In this document: positions 1 to 9,359 of the stretch, piece after piece | How positions within the stretch are numbered: the first letter of the stretch is position 1 | Layout of the letters: every line of letters starts with the position of its first letter | Assembly: GCA_038874075.1 (NCBI GenBank) | Contig: JAVZDD010000006.1 | Location: 1,790 to 33,789, forward strand | Source of the DNA: Candidatus Nanoarchaeia archaeon | Lineage (GTDB): Archaea > Nanobdellota > Nanobdellia > Jingweiarchaeales > Jingweiarchaeaceae | Reading direction: 5' to 3' | Length of the DNA: 32,000 nucleotides | The notes under the pieces: model-generated | The model's database searches: none | Seen by the model: the letters and a program-made list of their open reading frames with translations, nothing else | What the model was told of the DNA's origin: nothing | Program-made: the position numbers and the translations under genes

Positions 1-113
1 AGCGCTTCTTTATCTTTTTCTCCCTCAACAACCACGATTTTATTTTTTGATACGTCAATCAGTTTTTCTATGAGATTGTTAATAGTTTCGATTTCATTCA
101 TTTTGTTGCCCAT
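1..113 (-). CDS. Toprim-domain protein, N-terminal fragment (runs off window start)
   Basis: Reverse-strand translation from ATG at 113: MGNKMNEIETINNLIEKLIDVSKNKIVVVEGEKDKEA. The VVVEGEKDKEA segment matches the Toprim motif-1 pattern (VEGxxD). Confidence 0.6.
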   Translation of the reverse strand, partial: MGNKMNEIETINNLIEKLIDVSKNKIVVVEGEKDKEA

Positions 114-224
114 CACACTATCAAGCACGCATCATTTTTTTGTGCCTGTACCTTCGTGATGGGCTCTTATTATTTTAAAAAACAAGCATTAAAAAACTTT
201 TTGATTTAAGAGATTTAAGAAGAC

Positions 225-728
225 TTACATAAACCTAGCTAAATTGAAGAATGATTTCGTTTCGTTTTCTACTGTGTACATTTCATCAACAATTCTTTTC
301 TTATAAGATTCAAATGTCGGTTTGTACAAGTACCTGTCATAAATACCCTTCACGAACTTCAAAAAAGGTGATGTCTCCCATCGATCTAAGTAATCAGTAA
401 CCAATCTCGCAGTGAATGTTACTTCAATCTCGCCACTATCAGCAGTTGTAGTTACCCCTTCTTTCTGTACTTGTACCTTTCTTAGGTCAATTACAAGTAT
501 CCTTGCTTTAATCAAAAATCTTGTGTAATCATCTATATTCTTATAACAGTTCCAAATTACTTCTACTTCCTGTGCTTCTGGCTTTTCCTTGTGCCTATAC
601 TTTTCTTCATCGATCGTATAGCCCAATGTTTTGAATGTATCAATAAAGAATCTGTAAAAATCGCCGAAACTGAATATCCCTCTAAATCTCACCTTTGATT
701 CAGGTACAATTATTGTTTCCTCAGCCAT
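225..728 (-). CDS. Conserved hypothetical protein (167 aa), resembles a family seen in DPANN archaea
   Basis: Full-length ORF, compatible with the minus-strand gene train. Pattern 'KGIFSFGDFYRFF..WETSPFLKFVKGIYDRY' recalled from DPANN hypothetical proteins; no named domain. Confidence 0.6.
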   Translation of the reverse strand: MAEETIIVPESKVRFRGIFSFGDFYRFFIDTFKTLGYTIDEEKYRHKEKPEAQEVEVIWNCYKNIDDYTRFLIKARILVIDLRKVQVQKEGVTTTADSGEIEVTFTARLVTDYLDRWETSPFLKFVKGIYDRYLYKPTFESYKKRIVDEMYTVENETKSFFNLARFM

Positions 729-763
729 AAATTAATCATAGACATAGAAACTTAAAAATCTTG

Positions 764-1318
764 CTAATCCAAACTTGATTTGCAATCATTACAAATAAAC
801 ATACCTCGGGACTCAATTAACTCATCGGTGTAATTCCCACAAATTTCGCATGTGCCTGGATGTCTCATTTTACCACTAACCAGCCGCTTAATATCTGGCT
901 CTCTAATTTTAATTTTCTCAATTAATACATCGATTAAACTTGGCTCTATTTTTAATAGATCTTTTTCAGTTACTATTCCTTTTAATACACCGTTATCAAT
1001 TACGGGCAACCTTCGCACCCCTTTCTCATTCATTAATTTTGCAATGTCATAAAGATCTGTGTTTGAGCTAATGGAAATCACATTTGTTGTCATTATATCC
1101 TTAACCTTGATCTTCCTGAAATCTTTTCCCTTTGCAATCACTTTTTGTATAATATCTTTTTCTGTTAATATTCCAAGTAATTTGTTTTTTTCAATTACAA
1201 GAAGACTACCAACATTTTCTTTTATCATTTTCCTAGCAGCATTCATCACATTCACATCTGGGTTTATTTTCACTGGATGCCTAGTCATCGCATCCTTTGC
1301 AGTTATTCCGTATTTCAT
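764..1318 (-). CDS. Tandem CBS-domain protein with C-terminal zinc ribbon
   Basis: Two CBS repeats (DAMTRHPVKINPDVNV.../DIMTTNVISISSNTDL...RRLPVIDNG.LKGIVTEKDLL) and a C-terminal CEIC...CNDC motif. Confidence 0.85.
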   Translation of the reverse strand: MKYGITAKDAMTRHPVKINPDVNVMNAARKMIKENVGSLLVIEKNKLLGILTEKDIIQKVIAKGKDFRKIKVKDIMTTNVISISSNTDLYDIAKLMNEKGVRRLPVIDNGVLKGIVTEKDLLKIEPSLIDVLIEKIKIREPDIKRLVSGKMRHPGTCEICGNYTDELIESRGMFICNDCKSSLD

Positions 1319-1349
1319 AATAAAAGAAGAATTATTTAGAAATAAAAAT

Positions 1350-3248
1350 TTATCTTATCCTCAATACGTCTAAATTTCTAGGTACATTTGTCTCAATTTT
1401 GAATAATTTATGTAAGGTACTTGCTAAATCCAAACATTTTGAATTTTCACCATGATTCACAATTATCCTTTTTGGTTTGGGCTCAAGCCTCTTCACAAAA
1501 TTTATTAATTGCTCCCTGTCACTATGACCACTGTATCCTTCAATTGTATAAATACTAAGTTTAACAGGTAAAAGCTCTGTCTTTCCTTCGATCTCCATCG
1601 GTATTTCCCTAACACCTTTCTGTATTTCTCTACCCAAGGAGCCTTCTGCTTGATACGAGACAAAAATTAATGCATTATTTGGGTTATCTGCAAGCTCCTT
1701 CAAATAAAACACTGATGGGCCTCCAACTAACATACCAGATGTTGCAAGTATCACACAAGGTCCTTTTTCTTCAATCACTTTCTTCCTTTCTTCTTGTGAA
1801 CCAATACGAAAAAAGCAGGAGGATAAGAATGGGTTGTAATTTCGATGGAATATGAGTTTCCTCACAGACCTATTCATCATCTCAGGATAAGTAGTATGTA
1901 TCGCAGTAATGTCCCAAACCATGCCATCAACGAAAATTGGGATTTCTTTTATTTTACCATGTCTTATTGCTTCCTCAAGGACAAGCATTACCTCCTGTGC
2001 TCTACCTCCACCAAGCACAGGAATCAGAATTTTTCCACCTTTTTTTATTGTGTCATTAACAATATTTATCAAGAATTCATCGCACTCCTTTCTTGTTGGC
2101 TGTACATCATCTGCACCACCATATGTGCTTTCGATTATTAATGTCTCCAATCGTTGAAAATTACATAGTGCTGCTTCAAGTAGTTTCGTCCTTGAGAATT
2201 TGAAATCCGAAGTATATAAGATATTGTGAAAACCATCGCCAATGTTTAAATGTATGAGCGATGATCCTAAAATATGGCCAGCATTATGTAAAGTGATCCT
2301 AATGTCTGAAGTAATATCAGAGACTTCATCGTATTTAAGTGTGACTGAGTGTTTTATCATTTCATTTATGTCTTTACTTGAGTAAATTGGTTTCTTTGCT
2401 TCTGACATTGAAACATCAATGTAATCTAATTGCAATAGTGTCATCACATCTCTTGTTGCTTCTGTACAATATACTGGCCCTCTGTATCCCAGTTTATATA
2501 AGTAAGGTAAAAATCCGCAGTGGTCTAAATGGCTATGAGAAATCACGACTGCATCTAGTTCCTCAATTTCAAACTCAGGAACATCGAGATATGGGTAGGC
2601 ATGTTCAGTCGATGCCACATTAACGCCACAATCCAATAATACTTTACTTTTTGGTGTTTGCAAAAATAAACAACTCCTACCCACTTCCCTGAATCCACCC
2701 AAGCAAGCCAGTCTTATCCAATACTTTGAATTTCGCTTCCATCCAGAATATATTTTTTTCCCTATTTTATTCAAGAAGTGTCTCCTGTATTCTGAATTCT
2801 TGAAAAGAACCTCTCTTATCGTCCTGACTAAGTTACTTTTTATTGATGGGCTCCTCCTGATCCGTGGCACCCAAAGTGTTCTTTGAAAGATCTGTTTCAT
2901 TATGTTCCCATTTTTACCAATTACAATGCCTGGTTTCTCTGCCTCTATTATCACAATGCTTCGCTTTGAATCAAACCAAATATCAGCTAGATTTGCATCT
3001 TTGGGAATTAATGACAGAATCACTTCTCTAGCTTTTTCCTCATTCATGAGGATGTTAGTATCTGGTCTTATCTCAACCCTTTTCTTTAATTTATCCACAA
3101 TTTTTTTTATTACATCTTTACTATCAAAAAGGAATGTTTTATTTTTGCTGTACAAAACGACATTGGCACCCTCGAAACAGTAATCAGTAATCATTGCTCC
3201 TCTTGGCAATTCTTCCTTGATTTTAGAAATTATTTCCTTCTCTTCCAT
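1350..3248 (-). CDS. aCPSF1, archaeal KH-domain beta-CASP ribonuclease (transcription termination/RNA processing factor)
   Basis: N-terminal KH-like region (GKNGNIMKQIFQRTLW), metallo-beta-lactamase motif SHSHLDHCG, beta-CASP features (SGMLVGG, GYSGHSDREQL, NHGE). ATG at 3248 preferred over the ORF-track start at 3260. Confidence 0.93.
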   Translation of the reverse strand: MEEKEIISKIKEELPRGAMITDYCFEGANVVLYSKNKTFLFDSKDVIKKIVDKLKKRVEIRPDTNILMNEEKAREVILSLIPKDANLADIWFDSKRSIVIIEAEKPGIVIGKNGNIMKQIFQRTLWVPRIRRSPSIKSNLVRTIREVLFKNSEYRRHFLNKIGKKIYSGWKRNSKYWIRLACLGGFREVGRSCLFLQTPKSKVLLDCGVNVASTEHAYPYLDVPEFEIEELDAVVISHSHLDHCGFLPYLYKLGYRGPVYCTEATRDVMTLLQLDYIDVSMSEAKKPIYSSKDINEMIKHSVTLKYDEVSDITSDIRITLHNAGHILGSSLIHLNIGDGFHNILYTSDFKFSRTKLLEAALCNFQRLETLIIESTYGGADDVQPTRKECDEFLINIVNDTIKKGGKILIPVLGGGRAQEVMLVLEEAIRHGKIKEIPIFVDGMVWDITAIHTTYPEMMNRSVRKLIFHRNYNPFLSSCFFRIGSQEERKKVIEEKGPCVILATSGMLVGGPSVFYLKELADNPNNALIFVSYQAEGSLGREIQKGVREIPMEIEGKTELLPVKLSIYTIEGYSGHSDREQLINFVKRLEPKPKRIIVNHGENSKCLDLASTLHKLFKIETNVPRNLDVLRIR

Positions 3249-3266
3249 CTCAAAAACCAAGAACTT

Positions 3267-3908
3267 TCACTTTGATAGAATTTTATTTACTTCTTTCTCA
3301 TCCAATCGCTTAAAACCTTGTTTTGTAATTGTAACGACATCAATTCCATTTCCTGAGTAAACATCCCTTTGCATTGCTGCATTTACTGCCTTCACCGCTA
3401 ATTTTATTCCTTCTTCTAGGCTCATTCCTTCCTTGTAACCTTCTTCTAGAACTCCGTATGCGATTACGCTACCTGATCCTGTCGATATGTACTTGTCTTC
3501 TACGCTTCCGCCATCTGCTGCTAAGGAAAAGAGGTGAAATCCTGTTTCATCTACGCCACCGAGTAAGATTTGGACGTAATATGGAAATGGTGACATTCGA
3601 TTATTGAACAAAATGTGGCTAAGTAATGTACATGCTGCTTTTACGCTTGGTTTTTTCTGTTTCCTAACCTTGTATAACTCCATCTCAATTTTTAAAAACT
3701 TGGCTAAAAGTTGAGCATCCCCAACCAATCCTGCCATCGTCAATGCAATTCTATCCGTAACCTCAAATATTTTTTCAAAAACCTTGTGTGCAATCAAATA
3801 ATCCATAGTCACTCTTTTGTCGGCTGCAAAAACAATACCGTCTTTCGTAACAATGCCAAGTGTTGTAGTACCTGTCTTCATTAATCCCTTCATCTCTTCC
3901 TTTGTCAT
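3267..3908 (-). CDS. psmB: Proteasome beta subunit with short propeptide
   Basis: MTKEEMKGLMKTG|TTTLGIVTKDGIVFAADKRVTM, with predicted Thr nucleophile after Gly. The start at 3908 is favoured because a TATA-like TTATAAATA sits only about 20 nt upstream of the alternative 3932 ATG. Confidence 0.93.
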   Translation of the reverse strand: MTKEEMKGLMKTGTTTLGIVTKDGIVFAADKRVTMDYLIAHKVFEKIFEVTDRIALTMAGLVGDAQLLAKFLKIEMELYKVRKQKKPSVKAACTLLSHILFNNRMSPFPYYVQILLGGVDETGFHLFSLAADGGSVEDKYISTGSGSVIAYGVLEEGYKEGMSLEEGIKLAVKAVNAAMQRDVYSGNGIDVVTITKQGFKRLDEKEVNKILSK

Positions 3909-3980
3909 TCTCAAACCCCAATCAGAATTCATCTTTTTTTATGATTTAGGTATTTATAAGGGTTTCTACTGGACAATCCA

Positions 3981-4850
3981 TCAAACTTTTTTGTTATTGT
4001 TAAATCTTTCCCAGCAGTATGGTGTGTAATTTGTAAGTGTATCTATATACGCAAGCAAATTCGCACTCGATTCAATCAAAATTGCAATCAGAATCATTGG
4101 TATCTCAGATGGATTTGTGGCGATGACTCTGGACAATTCATAAATTACATTGCGCAGCCTCATTGAAACGTCTATTTTCATTTGTTTGAGTTGTATGTAG
4201 CCTCTTGCAATTCTTCTCCTTTGTTTTAAGAGTTTTGAAATTGAACTTGGGGTATGCATAAAAGTAATTGCTTTTGGTTCATATAAAATCCGATAATTCC
4301 TTTTCTCTATCATTCCCTCAATGTAACCATCATCATTTATTATATTCTGAGGAATCTTGCGCAAAATTCCGTTTCTTATTGCACACATCTCGCCACTCAA
4401 TTTTGGATGTGTGAGTGATACGCGATGATGTAATTCCCAAATCAATTTACCAATGTTGCTAATACAATCATCTTGTTTATTTATCGGAAGTGGTCTACCT
4501 CCAACTCCACCAACGTCTTTATCTTCAAAATGTTTAAGAAGTAGATTTATACTATCTTTTTTCGGTAAGTTATCTCCTGAGACCAGAACAATAAATTCCC
4601 CTCTTGCTTTTTTTAATATTAAATTGATTGCGCTTGCCTTCCCCATCCTCTTTTTCTCATGTATCAGTTCTATCTTATTACTTTTTGATTGAAACCCTTT
4701 GACAATCTTTATTGTGTTGTCATTTCCACCAGCCACAATTAAAATTTTATTCAATTTAAAAATGAAATTTTCATTCAGTAAAAAGGATAAAAGTTTCCCG
4801 ATGTTCTTTTCTTCATTGTAAGCACAAATACCAATTGTAAATGATTTCAT
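3981..4850 (-). CDS. Family 2 glycosyltransferase with C-terminal membrane segment
   Basis: GICAYNEEKNIGKLL, GKASAINLILKKARGEFIVLVSGDN, QRRRIARG motif; hydrophobic C-terminal stretch. ATG at 4850 lies 1 nt after the upstream stop; the ORF-track start (4862) is TTG. Confidence 0.8.
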   Translation of the reverse strand: MKSFTIGICAYNEEKNIGKLLSFLLNENFIFKLNKILIVAGGNDNTIKIVKGFQSKSNKIELIHEKKRMGKASAINLILKKARGEFIVLVSGDNLPKKDSINLLLKHFEDKDVGGVGGRPLPINKQDDCISNIGKLIWELHHRVSLTHPKLSGEMCAIRNGILRKIPQNIINDDGYIEGMIEKRNYRILYEPKAITFMHTPSSISKLLKQRRRIARGYIQLKQMKIDVSMRLRNVIYELSRVIATNPSEIPMILIAILIESSANLLAYIDTLTNYTPYCWERFNNNKKV

Positions 4851-4851
4851 A

Positions 4852-5685
4852 TTAATAACCAATATTTAATAAGAGATATAGTCCCCATTCATAGATACCA
4901 TAAACATTATCGCGTAAATACTGTAAATTTGTCATCCTGTTTATTTTTCTGATCTTGTTGTATCTAAGTAAATTAAAAACGAACATCACAATAAAGAATT
5001 GATTTAAATTTTGAAAAATAAAAATGGATATGAATGCAATCAAGATATAGATTAGCAATAGATTTTTCAAAGTTGCGATTGTTTGATTGAATCCAAGAAA
5101 TATAGCTGTCGTTATCCTACCACTTTTCTTGTCTTTTTTGAAATGTGCTAGTTGGTGTAAAAGTTCATGAAATAGAAAATAAGTAAATGTGATGAAGAGA
5201 AAGAGAATAGTCCTATTATTCAGCTTTTCATTAAAGAAGAAATAAGCTTGCAAATAAAGCACAGAAAAGATAGTACAATTCATTAAAACATCAATTATAG
5301 TGTGGTCACGAAACCTTGGTGGACATGAGTAAAGTGTTGATAGCACGATGAAGAGAATAATGAGTGTTAAGAATGTGTTATTGTATTTGATAGGAAGCGT
5401 TGGTAATATTAAAAATAATGGTAGGGTACAAAGTAATAAAATTTGTTTGTCTTTCATTTTTAATGAAGCAATATAATTTTTTTCTTTTGCAATCTTAAAA
5501 TCAAAGAAGTTATTCATCGCAAAGAAATAAGCAAGTAGGAGTGAAGATTGGATTAGATTCAAAAATGCGATCTCGAAAGTTGGAAAAACATTTGTTGTGT
5601 ATGCGATTAGACATAAGCCAAGATTTTTAAACCAATCTTTTATTCTATAAAATTCACATATTTTTTTAATAAGCCTTGGCAACAT
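4852..5685 (-). CDS. UbiA-superfamily prenyltransferase-like membrane protein with degenerate Asp motifs
   Basis: Multi-TM. First motif NNFFDFKIAKEK and second HELLHQLAHFKKDKKSGRITTAIFLG align in pattern to the UbiA NDxxDxxxD and ...D.K.D...G..T...G motifs. Confidence 0.65.
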   Translation of the reverse strand: MLPRLIKKICEFYRIKDWFKNLGLCLIAYTTNVFPTFEIAFLNLIQSSLLLAYFFAMNNFFDFKIAKEKNYIASLKMKDKQILLLCTLPLFLILPTLPIKYNNTFLTLIILFIVLSTLYSCPPRFRDHTIIDVLMNCTIFSVLYLQAYFFFNEKLNNRTILFLFITFTYFLFHELLHQLAHFKKDKKSGRITTAIFLGFNQTIATLKNLLLIYILIAFISIFIFQNLNQFFIVMFVFNLLRYNKIRKINRMTNLQYLRDNVYGIYEWGLYLLLNIGY

Positions 5686-7114
5686 AAACCACTTCTCTTG
5701 CTTTTTTGCCGCAAACTGCGCAGTTCCCTTCTACTTTATCTTTGGAACCTAGAATTTTTCCACGAACCTCTGCGCTGCATACCTCTTTAATTTTGTCAGC
5801 GCACTCCTCACGCATACAGAATAGTATTTTAACGAATCCTCCCTTCTCTTCTATTACTCGCTTCAAAGCAGCGAGATCGCTTACCTCTCTTATATTTTCT
5901 TGTAAAAACTTTTCTGCTCTATTCCTTAAGTTCTCAAGTATATCACTTGCTATCATTTTAATACTAGCCAACAGTTGACTATCATCGATCTTATCTCTCG
6001 TTCTTAAATCCCTCCTAAAGACAATGCATGAATGTTCTTCAACTTCTTTGGTTCCTATCTCTATTCTTATTGGTACACCTTTCATTTCCCAAAAGTAATA
6101 TTTTGCTCCTGGTGTTTTTTCCGTTAAATCTATTTCAGCCCTTATCCCATTCCTTACCAACATATCTCTTATCATCTCACACTTTCTTACTACGATTTCA
6201 AATTCTTTTTTATTATAAAATATTGGCACGATAATCACTTGAATTGGTGCAATTTCAAATGGGAATATCAAACCATTATTATCCCCGTGTATTGAAATCA
6301 ATGCGGCAAATATGCGTGAATATGCTGGGCCATAGCAAGTTTGGTAAACATAACCGTAACTGCCGTCTTTTTTCAAATACCTTATATTAAATACCTTTGC
6401 AAAGTTTTGGCCCAATAGATGAGTAGATGGTAGTTGTATCACTTTACCGTCTGGCATCAGTGCATCAGCAGCAAATGTACTGACTGCCCCTTTAAATTTA
6501 TCCCATGGTGGACGTTCAAAAAATAAGAATGGAATTCCAAGTTTTTCGTAGAGAACTTTCTTTGTAATCTCCATATCTTCCTCCACTTGTTTTCTTGCCT
6601 CTTCTTCAGTTGCAAATGCATCGTGCGCCTCAATCCAATGAAATTCCCTAGCCCTGATAAGGGCCCTCGTTGCCTTTGTATCAAATCTAAAAACACTACA
6701 ATTTTGATAGATTTTAATTGGTAGATCAGAATAACCTTGTATCCAATACCTAAACATTGGGTATATTGCTGTTTCGCTCGTTGGCCTAAGTGCAAGCTTT
6801 TCTTCTAATTTTTTCTTTCCACCATGAGTGACCCAAAAAACCTCGGGCTCGAATCCTTTAACATGCTCTTTCTCTTTTCTCAAATTTTTTTCTGGAATCA
6901 CTGTTGGGAATAAAACTGGTCTATGTCCCTTCTCCTCCAATGCAACTTCAAATAATCTCGCTATTTCTCGCAATGGAATCATCATCCATGGTTTATATAT
7001 AACAAAGCCTTTCACATCATATCTCAAATCAACCAAATCTGCTTTCTCTAGAATTGTATCATACCATGTTGAGAATGTCTTATTTTTATCAATGTTAAAC
7101 GTCTCTTCACTCAT
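5666..7114 (-). CDS. proS: Prolyl-tRNA synthetase, archaeal/eukaryotic type
   Basis: ADLVDLRYDVKGFVIYKPWMMIPLREIARLFE, RPTSETAIYPMF, RDFHW-like REFHWIEAHDAFAT, C-terminal Zn-binding region CAVCGKKAREVVYVAKAY. GGTGAG Shine-Dalgarno just upstream of ATG. Confidence 0.95.
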   Translation of the reverse strand: MSEETFNIDKNKTFSTWYDTILEKADLVDLRYDVKGFVIYKPWMMIPLREIARLFEVALEEKGHRPVLFPTVIPEKNLRKEKEHVKGFEPEVFWVTHGGKKKLEEKLALRPTSETAIYPMFRYWIQGYSDLPIKIYQNCSVFRFDTKATRALIRAREFHWIEAHDAFATEEEARKQVEEDMEITKKVLYEKLGIPFLFFERPPWDKFKGAVSTFAADALMPDGKVIQLPSTHLLGQNFAKVFNIRYLKKDGSYGYVYQTCYGPAYSRIFAALISIHGDNNGLIFPFEIAPIQVIIVPIFYNKKEFEIVVRKCEMIRDMLVRNGIRAEIDLTEKTPGAKYYFWEMKGVPIRIEIGTKEVEEHSCIVFRRDLRTRDKIDDSQLLASIKMIASDILENLRNRAEKFLQENIREVSDLAALKRVIEEKGGFVKILFCMREECADKIKEVCSAEVRGKILGSKDKVEGNCAVCGKKAREVVYVAKAY

Positions 7115-7196
7115 GGCCTCACCCGTGTATTTATAATCAAATAAATTAATTTAATGTTTAAAAGTTAATTATTTAAAAATATAATCCATTAAATAA

Positions 7197-9233
7197 ATGG
7201 TGGTAGAATACAAAAGGTTCCTAATTACGGCAGCACTTCCTTATGCAAATGGGGAACTTCATTTAGGACATATAATGAGTACTTACCTTCCTGCAGACAT
7301 CATCACAAGGTTTCTTAGATTAAATAAAAAAGATGCGATATATATTTGTGCTACTGATGAACACGGAACACCAATTTTAATAAAGGCTGAGGAAGAAAAG
7401 AAGACACCGGAAGAATTTGTTAAATACTGGCATAAAAGAGATAAAGAAGAATTTGAAAAACTTGGAATAAAATTTGATATTTTTTACAGGACTCACAGCA
7501 AGGAGAATGAAACAACGGCACAAGAATTCTTTTTAAAACTATATAATAAAAAATATATTTTCAAAAAAGAAGTTGAGCAGTTCTACTGTGAAAGTTGTAA
7601 AAAGTTCTTACCCGATAGATATGTCAAAGGTACATGTCCTTATTGTAAGAGCCAAGAGCAATATTCTGATTATTGTGAAAAATGTGGCAAGGCGATAGGG
7701 ATTGGTGAAATAGAAGACCCACATTGTGCTGTATGTAAGAGCAAACCAATAAAAAAGAAAAGCATACATTATTTTTTTAAGCTAAGCTCATTTTCAAAAA
7801 AACTAAGAAAATACTTATTGAAAAATAAGAATTTACAAGCTGAAATAAGAAATTATGTGATAAATTGGATAGATTCTGGCCTGCAAGACTGGGATATAAC
7901 AAGGGACATTTCTTGGGGTATAAAAATTCCACTGAAAGAAGCCAGAGATAAAACACTCTATGTTTGGTTTGAAGCACCAATATGTTATATTTCTAGTACA
8001 AAAAAATGGAGTCAATTAAATAAAAAAGATTGGAAAAAATTCTGGAAAAGTAAAGATTGTTGTATTATGCATTTCATAGGTAAGGATATTGTGTATCACC
8101 ATTATTTATTCTGGCCAGCAATATTAATGGGTGTGAATAATGGTTTTTTATTACCCAGTTTTATACCGGTAAGGGGCCACTTGACACTAGAAGGAGAAAA
8201 ATTTTCAAAGTCACGTGGTTTATATGTGAGTTTGAAAGATTATCTTGAAAAGTATGACCCTGACTATTTGAGATTCTATATGAGTTTGATTACGACATAC
8301 AGCGCCAGTGATGTAAATTTTTCTTGGAAAGAGTACCAACAAAGGATAAACACAGAACTTGTGAATATCATTGGTAATTTTATATATAGAACGACATTTT
8401 TCATATACAAGTTTTTCAATTCAAGAGTACCAAAGCTCTACCAATTAGATGAAAAAGATAAAGAGATATTAAATGAGTTAAAAATTGAACACAAAAAAAT
8501 CACGGAAAATCTAAATAAAATAGAGATTCAAAGGGCACTACAAGAAATCATATTTTTGGCTGGAAGAGCAAATAAATACTTTCAAGAAAAAGAGCCCTGG
8601 AGGGATTTGGAAAAAAGGAAAAAAGAAATAAGCAACTGTTTGAATATATCAATGAACCTATGTAGAGCACTCTCAATATACCTCTATCCATTCATTCCAT
8701 TCTCAATTGAGAAATTGTGGAAGCAGATAAACATCAAAGAAAGTGAGCAGGATTGGAAAAGTGCGTATAAACTGAAAATAAAAGCGAATCATCACATTAA
8801 CGAACCATTCATATTATTTAAAAAAATAGAGGATGATGTTATAGAAAAAGAGATTGCTAAACTTGGGATTAAACAAGAAAATAGACAGGAGGTGAAGAAA
8901 GAAGTGATAAGTTTTGAAGAATTTAAAAAAATGGATTTGAGAGTTGGTAGAGTGATGGATGCAGAGAAAGTTGCTGGAACTGATAAATTAATAAAAATGA
9001 CCGTGGATTTTGGTGAACTTGGTAAAAGAACCGTTGTTGCAGGAATTGCAAAATTTTACGAACCTGAAGATTTGGTAAACAAACAATTTGTATTTGTTAC
9101 AAATCTCGAACCAAAAAAGATGCGTGGGATACTAAGCGAAGCTATGATACTTGCTGCTGTCGAAGGTGATGAAGAAAAAATTGCATTAGTGGGAATTGAA
9201 AAAGAAGTAAAAGAAGGTACACCTGTTCAATGA
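7197..9233 (+). CDS. metG: Methionyl-tRNA synthetase with fused C-terminal tRNA-binding (Trbp111/EMAPII-like) domain
   Basis: HLGH signature (ALPYANGELHLGHIMSTYLPAD), KFSKS loop, CxxC zinc knuckles, C-terminal FKKMDLRVGRV...NLEPKKMRGILSEAMILAA. Confidence 0.95.
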   Translation: MVVEYKRFLITAALPYANGELHLGHIMSTYLPADIITRFLRLNKKDAIYICATDEHGTPILIKAEEEKKTPEEFVKYWHKRDKEEFEKLGIKFDIFYRTHSKENETTAQEFFLKLYNKKYIFKKEVEQFYCESCKKFLPDRYVKGTCPYCKSQEQYSDYCEKCGKAIGIGEIEDPHCAVCKSKPIKKKSIHYFFKLSSFSKKLRKYLLKNKNLQAEIRNYVINWIDSGLQDWDITRDISWGIKIPLKEARDKTLYVWFEAPICYISSTKKWSQLNKKDWKKFWKSKDCCIMHFIGKDIVYHHYLFWPAILMGVNNGFLLPSFIPVRGHLTLEGEKFSKSRGLYVSLKDYLEKYDPDYLRFYMSLITTYSASDVNFSWKEYQQRINTELVNIIGNFIYRTTFFIYKFFNSRVPKLYQLDEKDKEILNELKIEHKKITENLNKIEIQRALQEIIFLAGRANKYFQEKEPWRDLEKRKKEISNCLNISMNLCRALSIYLYPFIPFSIEKLWKQINIKESEQDWKSAYKLKIKANHHINEPFILFKKIEDDVIEKEIAKLGIKQENRQEVKKEVISFEEFKKMDLRVGRVMDAEKVAGTDKLIKMTVDFGELGKRTVVAGIAKFYEPEDLVNKQFVFVTNLEPKKMRGILSEAMILAAVEGDEEKIALVGIEKEVKEGTPVQ

Positions 9234-9244
9234 AGATTTGGTAG

Positions 9245-9318
9245 TGGGCCCAGGGAGATTTGAACTCCCGACCTCTACCTTATCAGGGTAGCGCTCTACC
9301 AGGCTAAGCTATAGGCCC
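9245..9318 (-). tRNA. tRNA-Ile (anticodon GAU), no intron, CCA not encoded
   Basis: Reverse complement GGGCCTATAGCTTAGCCTGGTAGAGCGCTACCCTGATAAGGTAGAGGTCGGGAGTTCAAATCTCCCTGGGCCCA folds into a cloverleaf: 7-bp acceptor (one U-G pair), anticodon stem CTACC/GGTAG with loop CTGATAA, T arm GGGAG/CTCCC. Confidence 0.95.
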
Positions 9319-9359
9319 GTGAAACTAATTTAATAATAGCAAAATTTTAAAATTTATGC

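Noticed and set aside
114-224. C/D-box-like sRNA (ATGATG-containing stretch) upstream of the Toprim gene
   Set aside because: No convincing paired D/D' (CUGA) boxes or terminal stem could be assigned.
5000-5300. HELLH sequence (HExxH) in the UbiA-like protein as a possible membrane zinc metalloprotease
   Set aside because: It falls in the position of the second UbiA Asp motif, with the characteristic ...D..SG..T...G context. No additional protease ligand motif seen.
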